Source: an uncultured delta proteobacterium (GTDB taxonomy: Bacteria; Myxococcota; Myxococcia; Myxococcales; Myxococcaceae). From it: DNA of 64,000 nucleotides. Of the stretch, positions 20,501-30,898 are shown piece by piece. The notes under the pieces were generated by a model that saw only the letters and a program-made list of their open reading frames with translations, did not search any database and was not told the origin of the DNA. The translations under genes were made by a program, and so were the position numbers. The DNA lies in assembly GCA_963796055.1 (NCBI GenBank), contig CAWCKH010000004.1, positions 2,944,001-3,008,000 on the forward strand, in the 5' to 3' direction. Position 1 is the first letter of the stretch, and the number at the start of each line of letters is the position of its first letter.

Positions 20501-21328
20501 CTCGGGGTGGTCGCGGAGCAGCGCGAGGTAGTCGCGCAGATTCTCGATCCGCAGCAAGGCCATCCGGCGCGCGAGCCGCCGCTGGAGCGACGAAGCCTTG
20601 TACTCGCCGAAGTCGACGCCGAGCGCGCTCCGCACCAGGCCGAAGATCTCGTTGACGGCGTTGTCGTCGCTGGCAGATGGCCTTGAGGCCGCCCCCGAAA
20701 GGTACGGATGGCGGCTCAGGCGATGGAGCTCACGCGCGATCTCGGGGACTGGTGAGACGTAGTCGACGACGCCCGCTTCGATGGCGCTGCGCGGCATGCC
20801 ATCGAACTTCGCCGACTTGGGATCCTGCGCGAAGGTGATCCCGTCTTCCCGCTTGATGGCCCTCAACCCTTCGGTGCCGTCCGAGCCCGTCCCGGAGAGT
20901 ACGACACCAATCGCCTGCTTCCCCAGCTCCTCCGCGAGAGACGCGAGGAAGTAGTCCACGGGCAGGTGTAGTTTGCGCGCTTCGGTCTTCCGGGTCACGA
21001 GCCTCAGGACGCCGGACCGGATTGCGACGTCGGCGTCCGGAGGGATGACGTAGACGCGGTCGGGAACGACGCGCTCGCCGTCCTTGGCCTGCCCGACCAC
21101 CATCTTCGTCGCCCTGGCCAGGGCATCGGCCAGGAAACTGGGATGTGTCGGGTCGAGATGCTGGATGACCACGAACGCCATTCCCGTGTCGGACGGCAGC
21201 TCCGCGAGGAGCTGCGTCAAGGCTTCGAGCCCCCCGGCAGAGGCGCCCACGCCGACGACGGGAAACGGCACGTTCGGACGGATGGAGGTCGACTTCCTCT
21301 GCGCCCGCGCTCGGGTCTTCGTCATCAC
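17537..21328 (-). CDS. CheB-CheR-PAS hybrid histidine kinase with receiver domain
   Basis: GASAGG/IQH/GSDG (CheB), GCSTGEE/CRNVLIY (CheR), EELQS coiled coil, LSHEIRTPL, GGLGLGL, VEDD...CDIAMP. Confidence 0.95.
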   Translation of the reverse strand: MMTKTRARAQRKSTSIRPNVPFPVVGVGASAGGLEALTQLLAELPSDTGMAFVVIQHLDPTHPSFLADALARATKMVVGQAKDGERVVPDRVYVIPPDADVAIRSGVLRLVTRKTEARKLHLPVDYFLASLAEELGKQAIGVVLSGTGSDGTEGLRAIKREDGITFAQDPKSAKFDGMPRSAIEAGVVDYVSPVPEIARELHRLSRHPYLSGAASRPSASDDNAVNEIFGLVRSALGVDFGEYKASSLQRRLARRMALLRIENLRDYLALLRDHPEEAGRLYEEVLIHVTSFFRDPDVFESLKSAVFPDILKTKAPGDPIRLWVAGCSTGEELYSLAIALLEFLDDSARHHPIQIFGSDISERAVQSARKGAYSDAVMRDVSEERRRRFFTKVESGYRINKNVRELCVFVRHDLARDPPFSKLDLVSCRNVLIYFGQALQRRVLPTLHYALRQGGFLLLGRAESLPGFRQHFSPIDKNNKIFVRTTAVSTLHFAPRTEVHPVTSRTNASPGTTPPVRAVDVARHLDRLLLTRYAPPGVLVDERMQILQFVGNTGRYLQDPPGDPQHNLLKMARGGLLSALRTTIAKAKRGREPVRTKGVEVEVERGAAPGTCDVVVVPFAVPPEAKEQLFAVLFEEIAGRPSASKLQRTSRRSTVGAGRHRVLKLESELEATQQYLHSLIDERERTNDDLNAANEELVSGNEELQSMNEELETAKEELQSTNEELTTVNDELNTRNQEVREINSDLMNILATVDVPILILDRERRIRRFTPKARTILNVLPTDLGRPLEDIKSNLRLDNLDEQISEVIETNQMHESEVQDRSGRWYRMQIRPYKTIENKIDGATLSLIDIDALKHHVNEAERARGEAERANLAKDEFLATLSHEIRTPLSSMLMHAQLLGRGSLDPVKIKRAADAIERGTRMQVRLVDDLLDVSRIVSGKLKLDQGPVDLCAVVRAAVEGVAGVAEAKAVTFHVVLDETVGPVSGDQTRLQQVVTNLLANAVKFSFENEKVTVLLDRHDGHARLRVGDTGVGIEPEFLPHVFRRFAQEDGTTVRKHGGLGLGLAIVRDLVEAHGGTVCGESGGKGKGSTFSVFLPIRDAASDAAEGASTSSGNPASKSGSTRARSRDVLRGVRVLVVEDDPGSREAVVEMLSVMGAEVRASGSASDALLTLEEFRPEVLVCDIAMPGEDGYSLIRRVRALGAERGGDVPAVALTALARVGDRRHALAAGFQNYLTKPVDIDDLAQAVAELSCWAPAAPAAFSD

Positions 21329-21858
21329 ACCCTCCGAGCCACGCCCCTGCGCCGGCCAGTCGAGCCGCCAAGGGGACGTCCACTGCGATGGGCTGTGTGT
21401 GACGACCAGAGTCCAGCGACCGAGACGGCCCCGAGGGGACGTTCCACACGCTTGTCGAGCTTTTATGGCCGTGGAGTCAATCGGAACGACCGGAATCGAC
21501 GGAATTCCAGCGAGGACGAATTCTCTTCCCGAGGTGGCCCAGTGATGCGGGGTGGCGAACGTTCCAGGACGCTCGTCTCATTCTCTGGCTCCGAACGCAG
21601 CGTGAGCGTTGCGTCCGGCTCCGCGGCGAGTGGCCCTCCTCGCGAGCGTCACTCCAAGACTCGAGGCTCGTGAGAAGATGCAAGGTGGATCGCTGCTGAG
21701 CGAACCCGCGAGGTGGCGCCTCTCTCGATCCCGTTCGTCCTCACGGTGGCAGCGAACTCGGTCGGCGTTCAGCGCGGGCCGGGATGGCGTCAGCCTTCGC
21801 GGCCTTCTTGTCGGCCTGTCCTGCGCCTTGTACGTCTTTCTGGCGCGCGCCCCACGAA

Positions 21859-22158
21859 CTAGACGCTGGGCGACTTTCCCGGGCGAAACTGGCCAGCTGC
21901 TTCGGGTGACATCGACGGGGAGGGCGAAGCGGATGGCGGGGGGTGGAGCACTTTGTCCACGCGGCGCGCGAGACCCTGCCGCCGCTCGGCCCCCGACGTT
22001 TTCGTGAAGAGCAGCGCGACCACGGCGCCCACCATGGCGCCGAACACCAGGCCACCGACCGCGGGGGCGACCCAGTCCGCAGTTCGCTTACGCTGAACCC
22101 CGAGGGCGCCAAGGATGGTGTCTGCGTCGAGGTTCTTGAGATCGTTCAGGTGAGACAT
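21859..22158 (-). CDS. YtxH-like small membrane protein
   Basis: GLVFGAMVGAVVALLFTKTSGAERRQ; AGGAG RBS. Confidence 0.65.
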   Translation of the reverse strand: MSHLNDLKNLDADTILGALGVQRKRTADWVAPAVGGLVFGAMVGAVVALLFTKTSGAERRQGLARRVDKVLHPPPSASPSPSMSPEAAGQFRPGKSPSV

Positions 22159-22298
22159 GACCATCGCTCCTCTTGTTGGGCCGCGAGCCGGGAACTCCGT
22201 TCCACACGGACTCGACATCGGGCCTCCTCCCTACCGGCCTCGTCTGCTCCAGTAGTAGCCACCGCCCCCGCCGAACCCGGGGGTGGTGTTGTCTGTCG

Positions 22299-22520
22299 CT
22301 ATTTCTTCGCGGATTCCTTGATGGCCTCCGTTGTGTCCTTCACCGCGTTCTTCACGTCCTCCGTCGTATCCTTCACCGCGTTCTTCACGTCCTTGACGGT
22401 ACGTTCGACTTGGCCCTTGACCTGGTCCCTCTCGCCCTCTCGCTTGAGCCCCTTGTTGCCCGTCACGTCACCTACGACTTCCTTGATGATGCCTTTGGCC
22501 TTGTCAGTGAACTCGCCCAT
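22299..22520 (-). CDS. csbD: CsbD-family general stress protein
   Basis: DKAKGIIKEVVGDVTGNKGLKREGERDQVKG; GGAG RBS. Confidence 0.88.
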   Translation of the reverse strand: MGEFTDKAKGIIKEVVGDVTGNKGLKREGERDQVKGQVERTVKDVKNAVKDTTEDVKNAVKDTTEAIKESAKK

Positions 22521-22577
22521 TTTCGTCTCCTACGCTGGTCCAGAGGCCCACGGTGATGCGAGCCGAGAGGCAGGCAG

Positions 22578-22592
22578 GCACGATGTGTGCCG
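22578..22592 (-). promoter_or_regulatory. Candidate sigma-54 promoter of csbD
   Basis: CGGCAC-ACATC-GTGC (GG-N10-GC) about 58 nt upstream of ATG. Confidence 0.4.
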
Positions 22593-22796
22593 TCCGTCAC
22601 CCAAATTCGGGAAGGGGAGGCACACAGGCCGGAAGGCGGCCTCTGTAGGTCGTAGGAGAGTCGCGTTCGACGCATCACTTGCGGGCGCGGCGCATTGATT
22701 GCGCCGGGCGTCATTGTCTCCTCTCCTCGGCTCGACGCCGAGGAAGCCGTGGCGCTCGGTCACGGTTTCCACCTCGAGCAGCTCGCAGCGAGGCGA

Positions 22797-22853
22797 CGGA
22801 GGAAGGCCACGGGCTCCTGGACGAGATGCGGCTCTCCCGACGGAGACGCTCGC
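22797..22853 (-). mobile_element. IS91/ISCR-like transposase fragment
   Basis: RASPSGEPHLVQEPVAFLR; aligns ungapped with 48062-48118. Confidence 0.7.
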
Positions 22854-23216
22854 GCGACTTCGTCGCCGAAGAGGGCCACTTGATGGGGCGGCTCGGCACG
22901 GTCGACGCTCACCTCGAGGGGCCGCCCGAAGGACGTCCGCTCGAGGTCGGTCGCCCTGGCCGCCCTCCCGGCGGACGTTCGACGTTCCGGCGTTCCCCCG
23001 TTCCGGCGCAAGCAGCAGCCGGTCCTCCGCCGCGGCCCGGGTCAGCGGCTCGAGTCCGGCTCACGTCCATGCCCTTGGAATCGCTCGCGTGGGGACGGAA
23101 GGCGCGCGTACGCCTCGCGCCATGCCTTGGCATGGCTACCCAGTCTCTTGCCAGAGCAACGTTACTCCGCTAGGGAGCCGGGCCTGACGAGAACTCCTCA
23201 CCGCCGGAGGTTCATC

Positions 23217-23819
23217 GTGAGATTCTGGGCGCCCGTTCTTCTGCCGCTCGCAGCTCTCGGTTGCGCAGCCTCACTCAACGAAGGCGCGTCGTTTCCCCCC
23301 AAGTACTATGCCTCGGGCCCCCTGCCGCGGACCGTCCCAGCTTGCGCTGGACCGATCGCGGTGACGGTGGCGGACGGTCGGGACAACCCCAGTGAGGCGG
23401 GTCGACGCTTCGAGGAACAGAAGCCGGCCACCGACTACCCCATCAAGATGACGGGGGACAACGCAGCCTTCGTGCAGAGCGCCCTCGAGGGCATTCTCAA
23501 GCGGGCCGGCAATCCCGGGCCCGGACCCACCGCGACCAAGCTCGCAGTCACGCTGGACGATCTGTATCTCGAAGAGAAGACCTACGTGAACGCCGAGTTC
23601 TCGGGCGGCGTGACACTCGAGGTCGTCGTCAGCGGGGCGAACTCTTCGACTCCCTGCTGGAAGGGCGAGATCACGGGCCAGGGGAACAACTACGGCAAGG
23701 TGGGGAGCACGGAAAGCTATCAGCAGACGGTGAACCGGGCTCTCGAGAACGCCGTCTTCAATATGTTCCGCCAGAAGAAGTTCCGGGAAGCGCTCTGCGG
23801 GAAGTGCGCCTCCTCCTGA
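23217..23819 (+). CDS. Lipoprotein of unknown function (YajG-like)
   Basis: GGAGG RBS, lipobox ALGC, coding-like codon use. Confidence 0.7.
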   Translation: MRFWAPVLLPLAALGCAASLNEGASFPPKYYASGPLPRTVPACAGPIAVTVADGRDNPSEAGRRFEEQKPATDYPIKMTGDNAAFVQSALEGILKRAGNPGPGPTATKLAVTLDDLYLEEKTYVNAEFSGGVTLEVVVSGANSSTPCWKGEITGQGNNYGKVGSTESYQQTVNRALENAVFNMFRQKKFREALCGKCASS

Positions 23820-23919
23820 ACCTCAGTGGTGAACCTGGAGGTCCGCGTCCTCCGCCTCAGGAATGCGTGGGCCGGGTGAGGTCAGGGAGCGTCGGGGTGT
23901 GCCCGGGCCGTCCTGATCC

Positions 23920-24178
23920 AAGCGTTGGCGGTTATGCGGCAGCACGCATGAAGCACTTGCCGACGAACGAATCGCTCGGCGTTGCGATCATCATGAACGC
24001 GCGCGGCGTTATGGAGATGGTGGTGGTGAGCATCGCTTATCGAGAGGGTCTAGTTGATCAGGAACTGTTTTCCGCGTTGCTGGTGGTTGGCATCGTCACG
24101 ACGGTGGTGACGCCGTCGATGCTCAAGCGTTGGCTTGCCAGGCCGTTCAACGCCAGAATTCGCGAGGCCGGCGAGTAG
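23920..24178 (+). pseudogene. C-terminal fragment of a CPA2 cation/H+ antiporter
   Basis: GVAIIMNARGVMEMVVVSIA...FSALLVVGIVTTVVTP; N-terminal part absent. Confidence 0.75.
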
Positions 24179-24344
24179 ATGTCTCCGCTCGAGCCCACTC
24201 CTCTTACTTCGCGGGGTCTCGGGGCGCAGCGAGTGGAGTGAGCGCTCTCAACGAGGGCCGGAGCAGGGGTCCGGTGGGGCTGGAGCGTCGCAGGACGTCA
24301 GGGACGCGCGATGTCCCCGCCGGCGGAGGCGTACACTTCTGCCG

Positions 24345-25478
24345 ATGCGCGGATTCACCCACCGAGGGAAGAGGTCGTCACGCCCTCGTGGCCCGGCGCT
24401 CCTTCGGGCGTCGTTCCTGGTGCCGGCCTCGCTGGCGTTGCTGGTCGTCGTCGTGGCGGTGTCGCTTCACCCGCTCGCTCGGAGCAGGACCCGCGCGGCG
24501 CTCGACCGCCTCGAGGGCGCGCATGGGGAGTTCCTCGACGCCCGACTGTCGCTCTTCCCGCTCCGCTACACGGTGACCCACCTCAAGATCCGAAATCTAG
24601 AGACTCGAGTGCAGGAACCGTTCTTCTATGCCGAGAGCGTGGCGGTGGATCTCCGCTGGGCGAGCCTCTTCCGGGGCCGCCTCATCGGCAGCATCGACGC
24701 CCGCGGGGTGAAGATGGTCATCGAGCAACCGAAGCCAGGTGCGAAGCTCCGACTGCCCTCTCCGTCGGACCTCGTGCCCGTGGCCGCGGTCGTCGAGCGG
24801 CTCCAGCTGACGAAGGGGGAGGTGCTCTACGCCTGGGTGCGGGAGGAAAACCAGCCCACCCTCTGGTTTCACGAGATCGAAGCGACGCTCGAGAACCTCG
24901 GGTCGCGGCCCGGGCTCACCGAGGGGCCGCTGGTGCTCGCCGCGCGGGGCCAGTTCGCCAGACAGGGGACGATGCGGGTCACCGTCACCGCCCAGCCGTA
25001 CGCCACGCCGCTCGTCTTCGCCGGGGAAGCCGTCGCTGAGAACCTGGACCTCTCCCAGATGAACCCCTACATCGCGGCGACGAAGGGGGTAGAACTCACG
25101 CCGGGGGCGTTCTCGATGCGGATGAGCTTTGCCTCCAGGAACGGTCGGCTGACCGGAACCATCGATCCCCACCTCACCGGAACGAAGATCCAGTCCGCCG
25201 ACGAGGATCTCGGCAGCAAGCTGAAGGTACTCCTGGGCAAGATCAGCCTGAGCGTCTCCGGCCCGACGGAGGGGACAAGCTCCTCGGGCCGCATTGCGGT
25301 GAGCGACGACTTCCGTGACCCTTCGCTGCAGCTCGCGCCGGTGCTGGAGAAGACCATCGAGAACGGGTTCCTCCTCGGGATGCAGGAATGTCTCAAGCGG
25401 GCTTACTCCGGGCCGCCGGGGAAGCAGCCCGATCAGGCCAAGCCGGAGGCGACCCCGCTCAAGACCCAGCAGAAGTGA
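24345..25478 (+). CDS. DUF748/AsmA-like periplasmic protein
   Basis: N-terminal TM then beta-rich repeats (EIEATLENL, LDLSQMNPY, NGRLTGTIDP). Confidence 0.6.
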   Translation: MRGFTHRGKRSSRPRGPALLRASFLVPASLALLVVVVAVSLHPLARSRTRAALDRLEGAHGEFLDARLSLFPLRYTVTHLKIRNLETRVQEPFFYAESVAVDLRWASLFRGRLIGSIDARGVKMVIEQPKPGAKLRLPSPSDLVPVAAVVERLQLTKGEVLYAWVREENQPTLWFHEIEATLENLGSRPGLTEGPLVLAARGQFARQGTMRVTVTAQPYATPLVFAGEAVAENLDLSQMNPYIAATKGVELTPGAFSMRMSFASRNGRLTGTIDPHLTGTKIQSADEDLGSKLKVLLGKISLSVSGPTEGTSSSGRIAVSDDFRDPSLQLAPVLEKTIENGFLLGMQECLKRAYSGPPGKQPDQAKPEATPLKTQQK

Positions 25479-25563
25479 GGGGACGAGCCGGGCTCTCGAC
25501 TTGGGTTGTCTAGGCACGACGGTCCTGCGCTCCGCGCGGGCGGTGGGCTTCGCATGAGCCCAT

Positions 25564-26145
25564 CTAGTGGGTCGCATGCTGGCGGACGTATGTCAGCGTG
25601 AACTCCACGGGTCCGGGCAGTTTCGGGCTCTTCATGACGCGCGTCACGATCAGCGTCTTGCCGTCGGGCTGCAGCTTGAACTGCGTTGAACCGCTCCCAT
25701 CGTCCGTCCGGCCCTGTTGCAGAAGCGCGCCTCCGACGAAGTGCTGGCTGTTCTGGCTCTCGTCTCCATACTTGTTCGTGTGCTTCACTTCCGTGCCACT
25801 GGTCGGCGAAAACTCTGGTGGATAGCCGGGCGTATCGACGCTCACATCTCCCTTGCCGTCGAAGCTGATGGTGTAGGTCGGACGGATTTCCGACCGCTTC
25901 ATCAGTGCACTACGAGCGAACCCCGTGGCGATGCCCATCCCGTCCGTGGCTCTATCGACCGCCGCTTGAACGGCTGCGCGTTCTGCATCGGTTCCAGCGT
26001 ACACGTACGTTCCGGCATAGCGCTTCTCGAGACTGTGCGAGGGTGGCCGCGACGTTCCCTTCGCGGGGACGCTCGTCTCCACTGGAGTGGAGTGGGCGCA
26101 CCCCAACGCGGCGATGGAGAATGCCGTCCAAGCCCAATGTTTCAG
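25564..26145 (-). CDS. Hypothetical lipoprotein
   Basis: Lipobox ALGC; globular beta-rich body; no clear canonical start codon. Confidence 0.55.
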   Translation of the reverse strand: MKHWAWTAFSIAALGCAHSTPVETSVPAKGTSRPPSHSLEKRYAGTYVYAGTDAERAAVQAAVDRATDGMGIATGFARSALMKRSEIRPTYTISFDGKGDVSVDTPGYPPEFSPTSGTEVKHTNKYGDESQNSQHFVGGALLQQGRTDDGSGSTQFKLQPDGKTLIVTRVMKSPKLPGPVEFTLTYVRQHATH

Positions 26146-26405
26146 CGTCTTCGTTGGAGAATACCCAACCGTATCGGCGCGGCGGTCATCGCAGTGCAAT
26201 CCATGCGGTTCGAACCACGGGAAGCATTTCTCGGACCGCGGCCTCGATCCGAATTGAGCCAGGCCTTCTTCGCTCGGCCCGGGGGGAGGAGCGCAGATTC
26301 TGCGCCCAGAGTCAGTTCCCCAGCTGGGCGTCGAGCGTCTCGCCAGGCATCTCGCCCGAGCCGAGCCGGAGGTCCCCCGCGCCTGCAGGGGGTATCCTGC
26401 CGGCA

Positions 26406-27545
26406 ATGCGCCGTGCGGACCACGTCCTGCTGGTGCCCGGCTTCTTCGGGTTCGGGAGCTTCGGCCAGCCGGGCGGGCCGCGCATCGTCTACTTCGACCG
26501 CGTGATGAAGGCGCTCGTGTCCGCCCGGCGCGAGTTGCGCGGGCGGATCCACGTCCACGAGCCGCCGCCGATAGGGTCGCTCGAGGTGCGCGTCCGGAGC
26601 CTGCAGGACGCCCTGCTGCAGCTCCTCGGCGGCGCCCTCTTGCGCGGCGAGTCCCGCCGCGGCCACCCGCGCATCCACATCATCGGTCACTCCACGGGCG
26701 GGCTCGACGCGCGCCTGCTCCTGAACCTGCGCTACCACTTCAAGGGCGAGGACCCCGCGCTGCGCGAGCGGCTCGCCGAGCGCGTCGGCACGGTGGTGAC
26801 CCTCTCGGCCCCCCATCACGGCACGCCCATCGCGGGCAGCTTGGTGCACGGGCTCTCCCACCTCGTGCTCGAAGGGATGTCGCTCGCGACCATCCTGGCC
26901 GCCGCGGGGCAGCTCCGGAGACGGTTGGGGCTCCCGGGCTTGAGCTTCCTCGTGACCCTCATCGAGGCAGTCGCGCCCAGGCGCAACGTGAACCTTCCCG
27001 CCATGGCGCTGCTCGCTGGCATGGACGAGGAGACGGCGCGCCAGATCTCCCGCTTCCGCGGGATGGTCATGTCCGACACGCGGCTCCTGCACGACCTCGC
27101 ACCGGAGCGAATGGCGCAGCTGAACGCGCGCATCGGCGAAGGTGACCTGGAGCGGCTCGTCCAGATCGTGACCGTCGCGCCGCGTCCGACGCTCTGGGGC
27201 GGCCTCCACGGGCTGGACCGCCGGGCGGCGTACGCGCTCTGCTACGCCGCCACCGCCAGCGAGGCGTTCCGGCCGGACCGCTTCCCCGACGGACCCTGGA
27301 TCGCAGCGCGCCCGCCCGGCACCGAGCGCGCAGCGGTGGAAGACGCTCCCCGGGCCAACGACGGGATCGTACCGGCGTCGTCGCAGACGCTCACCAGCAG
27401 CGCCGAGCGGCTCGTCCTCGCCGACCACCTCGACGTGATCGGGCATTTCGAGTGGCGCTGGAACACGACCATCTTCAAGTCGGGCGCGGGGTTCGCCCGG
27501 CGCGAGTTCATGGCGCTCTGGCGGTTCGTCGCCGAGGCGCTTTGA
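26406..27545 (+). CDS. Alpha/beta-hydrolase (lipase/esterase)
   Basis: VPGFFGF, GHSTGG nucleophile elbow, PHHGTP, NDGIVP, DHLDVIGH. Confidence 0.88.
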   Translation: MRRADHVLLVPGFFGFGSFGQPGGPRIVYFDRVMKALVSARRELRGRIHVHEPPPIGSLEVRVRSLQDALLQLLGGALLRGESRRGHPRIHIIGHSTGGLDARLLLNLRYHFKGEDPALRERLAERVGTVVTLSAPHHGTPIAGSLVHGLSHLVLEGMSLATILAAAGQLRRRLGLPGLSFLVTLIEAVAPRRNVNLPAMALLAGMDEETARQISRFRGMVMSDTRLLHDLAPERMAQLNARIGEGDLERLVQIVTVAPRPTLWGGLHGLDRRAAYALCYAATASEAFRPDRFPDGPWIAARPPGTERAAVEDAPRANDGIVPASSQTLTSSAERLVLADHLDVIGHFEWRWNTTIFKSGAGFARREFMALWRFVAEAL

Positions 27546-27660
27546 ATAGGAACCCGGGTCGGAGGGAGCGCACGCCGCCCGGCGAGTCGAGTTTCATTGC
27601 GGCAAGGGCCCGTCCCTGGTCTGAATGTCCCCCGGGACCGTCACTGAGGAGCGAGGGGCG

Positions 27661-29025
27661 ATGGCTCGGGTCTGGAGGCGGGGCGTGGTCCTCCTGGGCT
27701 GCATGGCCGGACTCCAGTCCGCGCGGGCGCAGCAATTCGTGCTTCCGCAGACGCTGGCTGTGAGCAACCGCGACCGGATCTTCCCCGGCCTCTACGAGTT
27801 CAGCGAAGCGGGCGCGGTGGTAGCCCGGGTTCGGGATGCTTCCGCCACCTGGTACAACCCTGCCGGCCTCGCGCTGTCCGAGCGGACCACGTTCAACGTC
27901 AGCTCTGCCGCGTACCAGCTCACCAAGCTGGGGAGCGACAACGCGCCCGCCGAGTTCACGCGGACGGCCAGCTTCCAGCCCATCCCCAGCGCTCTGGGCG
28001 TTGCCTTCGGAAGGGAGGTCCTCGAGTGGCACGGGATGCGCCTGGGACTGGGGATCTACAACCAGGCCAACTGGGACGCCGCGGTGCGTATCGAGAGCAA
28101 CCCCAGCCCGGACACCCGCGTGAGCTACGTGATGAAGTCCTTGTTTCGCTCGACCGTCTTCACTGCCGGAGGCGGGTGGGCGCTCGATCCCCGCTACCGC
28201 TTCGGCGCCGCGCTGCTCTTCGACTACACCGAGACCGGTGACATCGGGCAGACCTCGGGGGACACCCAGGACGGAACCGCGCTGCAGACGGTGATCCAGT
28301 CGCTGGATTTCAGCGGGAACACACTCCACCTCATGGCCACGCTCGGTGCCCAGGCCGAGCCCTTGCCCTGGCTGTCGCTGGGACTGGTGCTCCAGACCCC
28401 GGGAATTGCCCTGCTCCGCGGAGGCTCGGTTCGCTACGAGGCCCAGACCTCCACGCTCCAGACCCACCAGCTGGCCCTGCTCGACGACAGCAACTCCGAG
28501 TTCGACCTCCGCAAGACCTTCAAGGCCACCCTGGGCATCGGAGTGCGGTTCTGGAAGATCGAGCTGGAGGGAGACATCCGCTGGTACCCGGCCAGCGCGA
28601 CGTACACCCTGCTCGCCACCTCGGTGCCGATCCAAATCAGCACCCAGCTGCCCGGGCAAGCGCCGGTGGTGACCGAGCAGCAGTTCGCGTCGATTTCCTT
28701 TGCCACCCGCAAGGTGTGGAGCGGCAGCGTCGGGCTCCGGCTCCGGCTCAGCGACCTGGTCACGTTCCACGGCGGGTTCTACGTCGACCCCTCTCCGGTG
28801 AGCACCGCAGTCAACGGTCTCTTCCAGAAGGCGGATTTCGCAGGGTTCCGGGGCGGAGTCTCCTTCACCGCCCGGCAAGGGGTCTCCGGGTCGATCAGCT
28901 TGGGCTACGAGCGGGGAACGGCCGATACCACCGTCGGCGTGGGGGGGCTGGCGGTGACTCCGCTGCCCGTGGAGGTTTCGTTCACCACCTTCAACCTGAG
29001 CTTTGCGATCGGCTACAAGTTCTGA
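27661..29025 (+). CDS. Outer-membrane beta-barrel, FadL/OmpP1-like
   Basis: Signal peptide; DASATWYNPAGL motif; C-terminal IGYKF. Confidence 0.8.
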   Translation: MARVWRRGVVLLGCMAGLQSARAQQFVLPQTLAVSNRDRIFPGLYEFSEAGAVVARVRDASATWYNPAGLALSERTTFNVSSAAYQLTKLGSDNAPAEFTRTASFQPIPSALGVAFGREVLEWHGMRLGLGIYNQANWDAAVRIESNPSPDTRVSYVMKSLFRSTVFTAGGGWALDPRYRFGAALLFDYTETGDIGQTSGDTQDGTALQTVIQSLDFSGNTLHLMATLGAQAEPLPWLSLGLVLQTPGIALLRGGSVRYEAQTSTLQTHQLALLDDSNSEFDLRKTFKATLGIGVRFWKIELEGDIRWYPASATYTLLATSVPIQISTQLPGQAPVVTEQQFASISFATRKVWSGSVGLRLRLSDLVTFHGGFYVDPSPVSTAVNGLFQKADFAGFRGGVSFTARQGVSGSISLGYERGTADTTVGVGGLAVTPLPVEVSFTTFNLSFAIGYKF

Positions 29026-29039
29026 GGGCGTGCGCCGCC

Positions 29040-29131
29040 TGCCCCCGCAGCGTGGGCAGGCGAGGACGTCGGTGCGGAACGTCCGCCCGAGGAGCTCGGC
29101 CCGGGGGACGGGGCGCCGAGGTCGGCGGGGA
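29040..29131 (-). mobile_element. IS91/ISCR-like transposase C-terminal fragment
   Basis: RAELLGRTFRTDVLACPRCGG; matches about 47806-47897. Confidence 0.8.
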
Positions 29132-29221
29132 CGATGCCCGACCTGTCCTTCGCACCGGTGTCGCGCATGATGTTGCTGCCATTCGTTGAAGCAACCCTCG
29201 GCTGAGTTGCGCGGGTGGCGA

Positions 29222-30898
29222 CTACGAACGCTCCTCCCGGTGTGGGGGTCCGGCGAGCGGGCGCTTTCCGCCGACCACACCGTAAGCCTTGAGCTTCCGG
29301 TACAAGGTGGCCGACCCAATGTGGAGCTGGCTGGCGGTGTGGGTCTGGTTCCCGCCGTTCAGCTTCAGCGCGGCGAGGATGTACTCCTTCTCGACGTCCG
29401 CCAGGGCCCGCACCGCTCCCTCGCTGACCGTGGGTCTGGGGATGGCCCGTCGGACCTCCTCCGGCAGGTCCTCCGCCTCCACCCTGCTCCCCGGCGCCAG
29501 CGCCACGGCTCGCTCCATGGCGTTCTCCAGCTCGCGAACGTTTCCCGGCCAGTCGTACCGGAGGAGCTGGTCGGCTGCGCCCATCGCCAGTCCGGAGACC
29601 TTCCGCTTCATCCTCAGTGCGGCGTCCGCCAGCAGGACCCGGGCCAGGGGCAGGACATCATCCCGGCGCTCACGGAGCGGTGGCACGTGGAGCTCGACGA
29701 CCTTCAGCCGGTAGTAGAGGTCCTGCCGAAAGTTGCCTCCGGCGACCCCGCTGGCCAGGTCGCGGTTGGTGGCCGCCAGGACCCGCACGTCGACCCGTCG
29801 GTTCTTGTTCTCCCCGACTCGACGGATCTCCCTCTCCTGAAGGACGCGCAGGAGCTTGACCTGCATCCCCGGCGAGACCTCCCCCACCTCGTCCAGGAGC
29901 AGGGTGCCGCTGCTGGCCGCCTCGAAGAGACCTGGACGGTCGGCCGTCGCTCCGGTGAAGGCGCCGCGGGCGTGACCGAAGAGCTCTGATTCGAGGAGCG
30001 TCTCGGCGATTGCCCCGCAGTTGACCGCGATGAACGGACCGAGCGCTCGGGTGGACTCGTCGTGGACCAGCTGGGCGATCCGCTCCTTCCCCGACCCGCT
30101 CTCGCCGGTGATCAGCACCGTGGAGTCGACCCTGGCAACCCTGCGCGCCAGGTCCACCACCTGTTGCATCATCCGGCTCCGGGCGACGATGCCCAGCGGC
30201 TCGACGTCGTCGCGGGCCACCCGGACCAGCGCCCGTCGGCGCTCGCGGAGCTTCCGCTCAGCCGCCTTGAGTGTTTCGGTGACGCGATGGAGCGAGACGT
30301 CGAGGCACTCCTTCAGCCGCTTGGGCTCGAAGAAGTGCAGCTCGTCGGCTCGCGCCTCGCCCCACTCCTCCCGGGTCCGGCCGAAGAGGTGACAGGCAGC
30401 GTCGCCCTTTCCCACGCAACGATTCTCGAGCACCGAGATCACCCTTCCGCTGCTCCGGCTGAGGTATCCGCTGGTCAGCCCACCGATGGTCCAGCACACC
30501 GGAACGTCCAATCGACCGAAGTGTAGGAGGTGCTGCTCGGCCTCGTAGGAGGCGTCGAGCATCACTCCGTCGTCGGAGAGGGGTCCGGTACTTCCTGGTC
30601 CCAGCCGAAAGAGTCCTTCCAGGGAGGCGATGTGTGTGCCGGCGCGGAGCCAATCCTCTTCGGACTCCCATTTGAACTCTGAATGCATGGCTTCGGCCAT
30701 CCGCCAGCCGTGGGCGAAGCCGAACTGGGTGAGCACGGTGCGCGCGGCGGTCAGGCCGAAGTTCTCGACCAGGTACTTGCGGAGGAGTCCCATTGCCACC
30801 GCGTCGAGGAGCAGCGCCCGCTGACCGGCGAAGCGGATAACTCCTCCTTCCGGATCCAGCTCGAGCAACTCCCTGTGGTGGAGCTCGTCGGCACGCAT
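29222..30898 (-). CDS. Sigma-54 enhancer-binding protein, XylR/DmpR-type (XylR_N + V4R + AAA+ + HTH)
   Basis: [34 protein letters not shown], Fis-type HTH; N-terminal YEAEQH...PVCW. Confidence 0.93.
   Translation of the reverse strand: MRADELHHRELLELDPEGGVIRFAGQRALLLDAVAMGLLRKYLVENFGLTAARTVLTQFGFAHGWRMAEAMHSEFKWESEEDWLRAGTHIASLEGLFRLGPGSTGPLSDDGVMLDASYEAEQHLLHFGRLDVPVCWTIGGLTSGYLSRSSGRVISVLENRCVGKGDAACHLFGRTREEWGEARADELHFFEPKRLKECLDVSLHRVTETLKAAERKLRERRRALVRVARDDVEPLGIVARSRMMQQVVDLARRVARVDSTVLITGESGSGKERIAQLVHDESTRALGPFIAVNCGAIAETLLESELFGHARGAFTGATADRPGLFEAASSGTLLLDEVGEVSPGMQVKLLRVLQEREIRRVGENKNRRVDVRVLAATNRDLASGVAGGNFRQDLYYRLKVVELHVPPLRERRDDVLPLARVLLADAALRMKRKVSGLAMGAADQLLRYDWPGNVRELENAMERAVALAPGSRVEAEDLPEEVRRAIPRPTVSEGAVRALADVEKEYILAALKLNGGNQTHTASQLHIGSATLYRKLKAYGVVGGKRPLAGPPHREERS

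Noticed and set aside
22260..22288. Hairpin downstream of csbD as intrinsic terminator
   Set aside because: Stem has a mismatch on the coding strand and no U-tract
24271..24323. REP/MITE-like imperfect hairpin upstream of the DUF748-like gene
   Set aside because: Single copy in window; GC-rich hairpins arise easily
29222..30898. XylR-type regulator as a coumarate sensor for the biosynthetic cluster
   Set aside because: 12 kb away, separated by unrelated modules; no supporting promoter evidence
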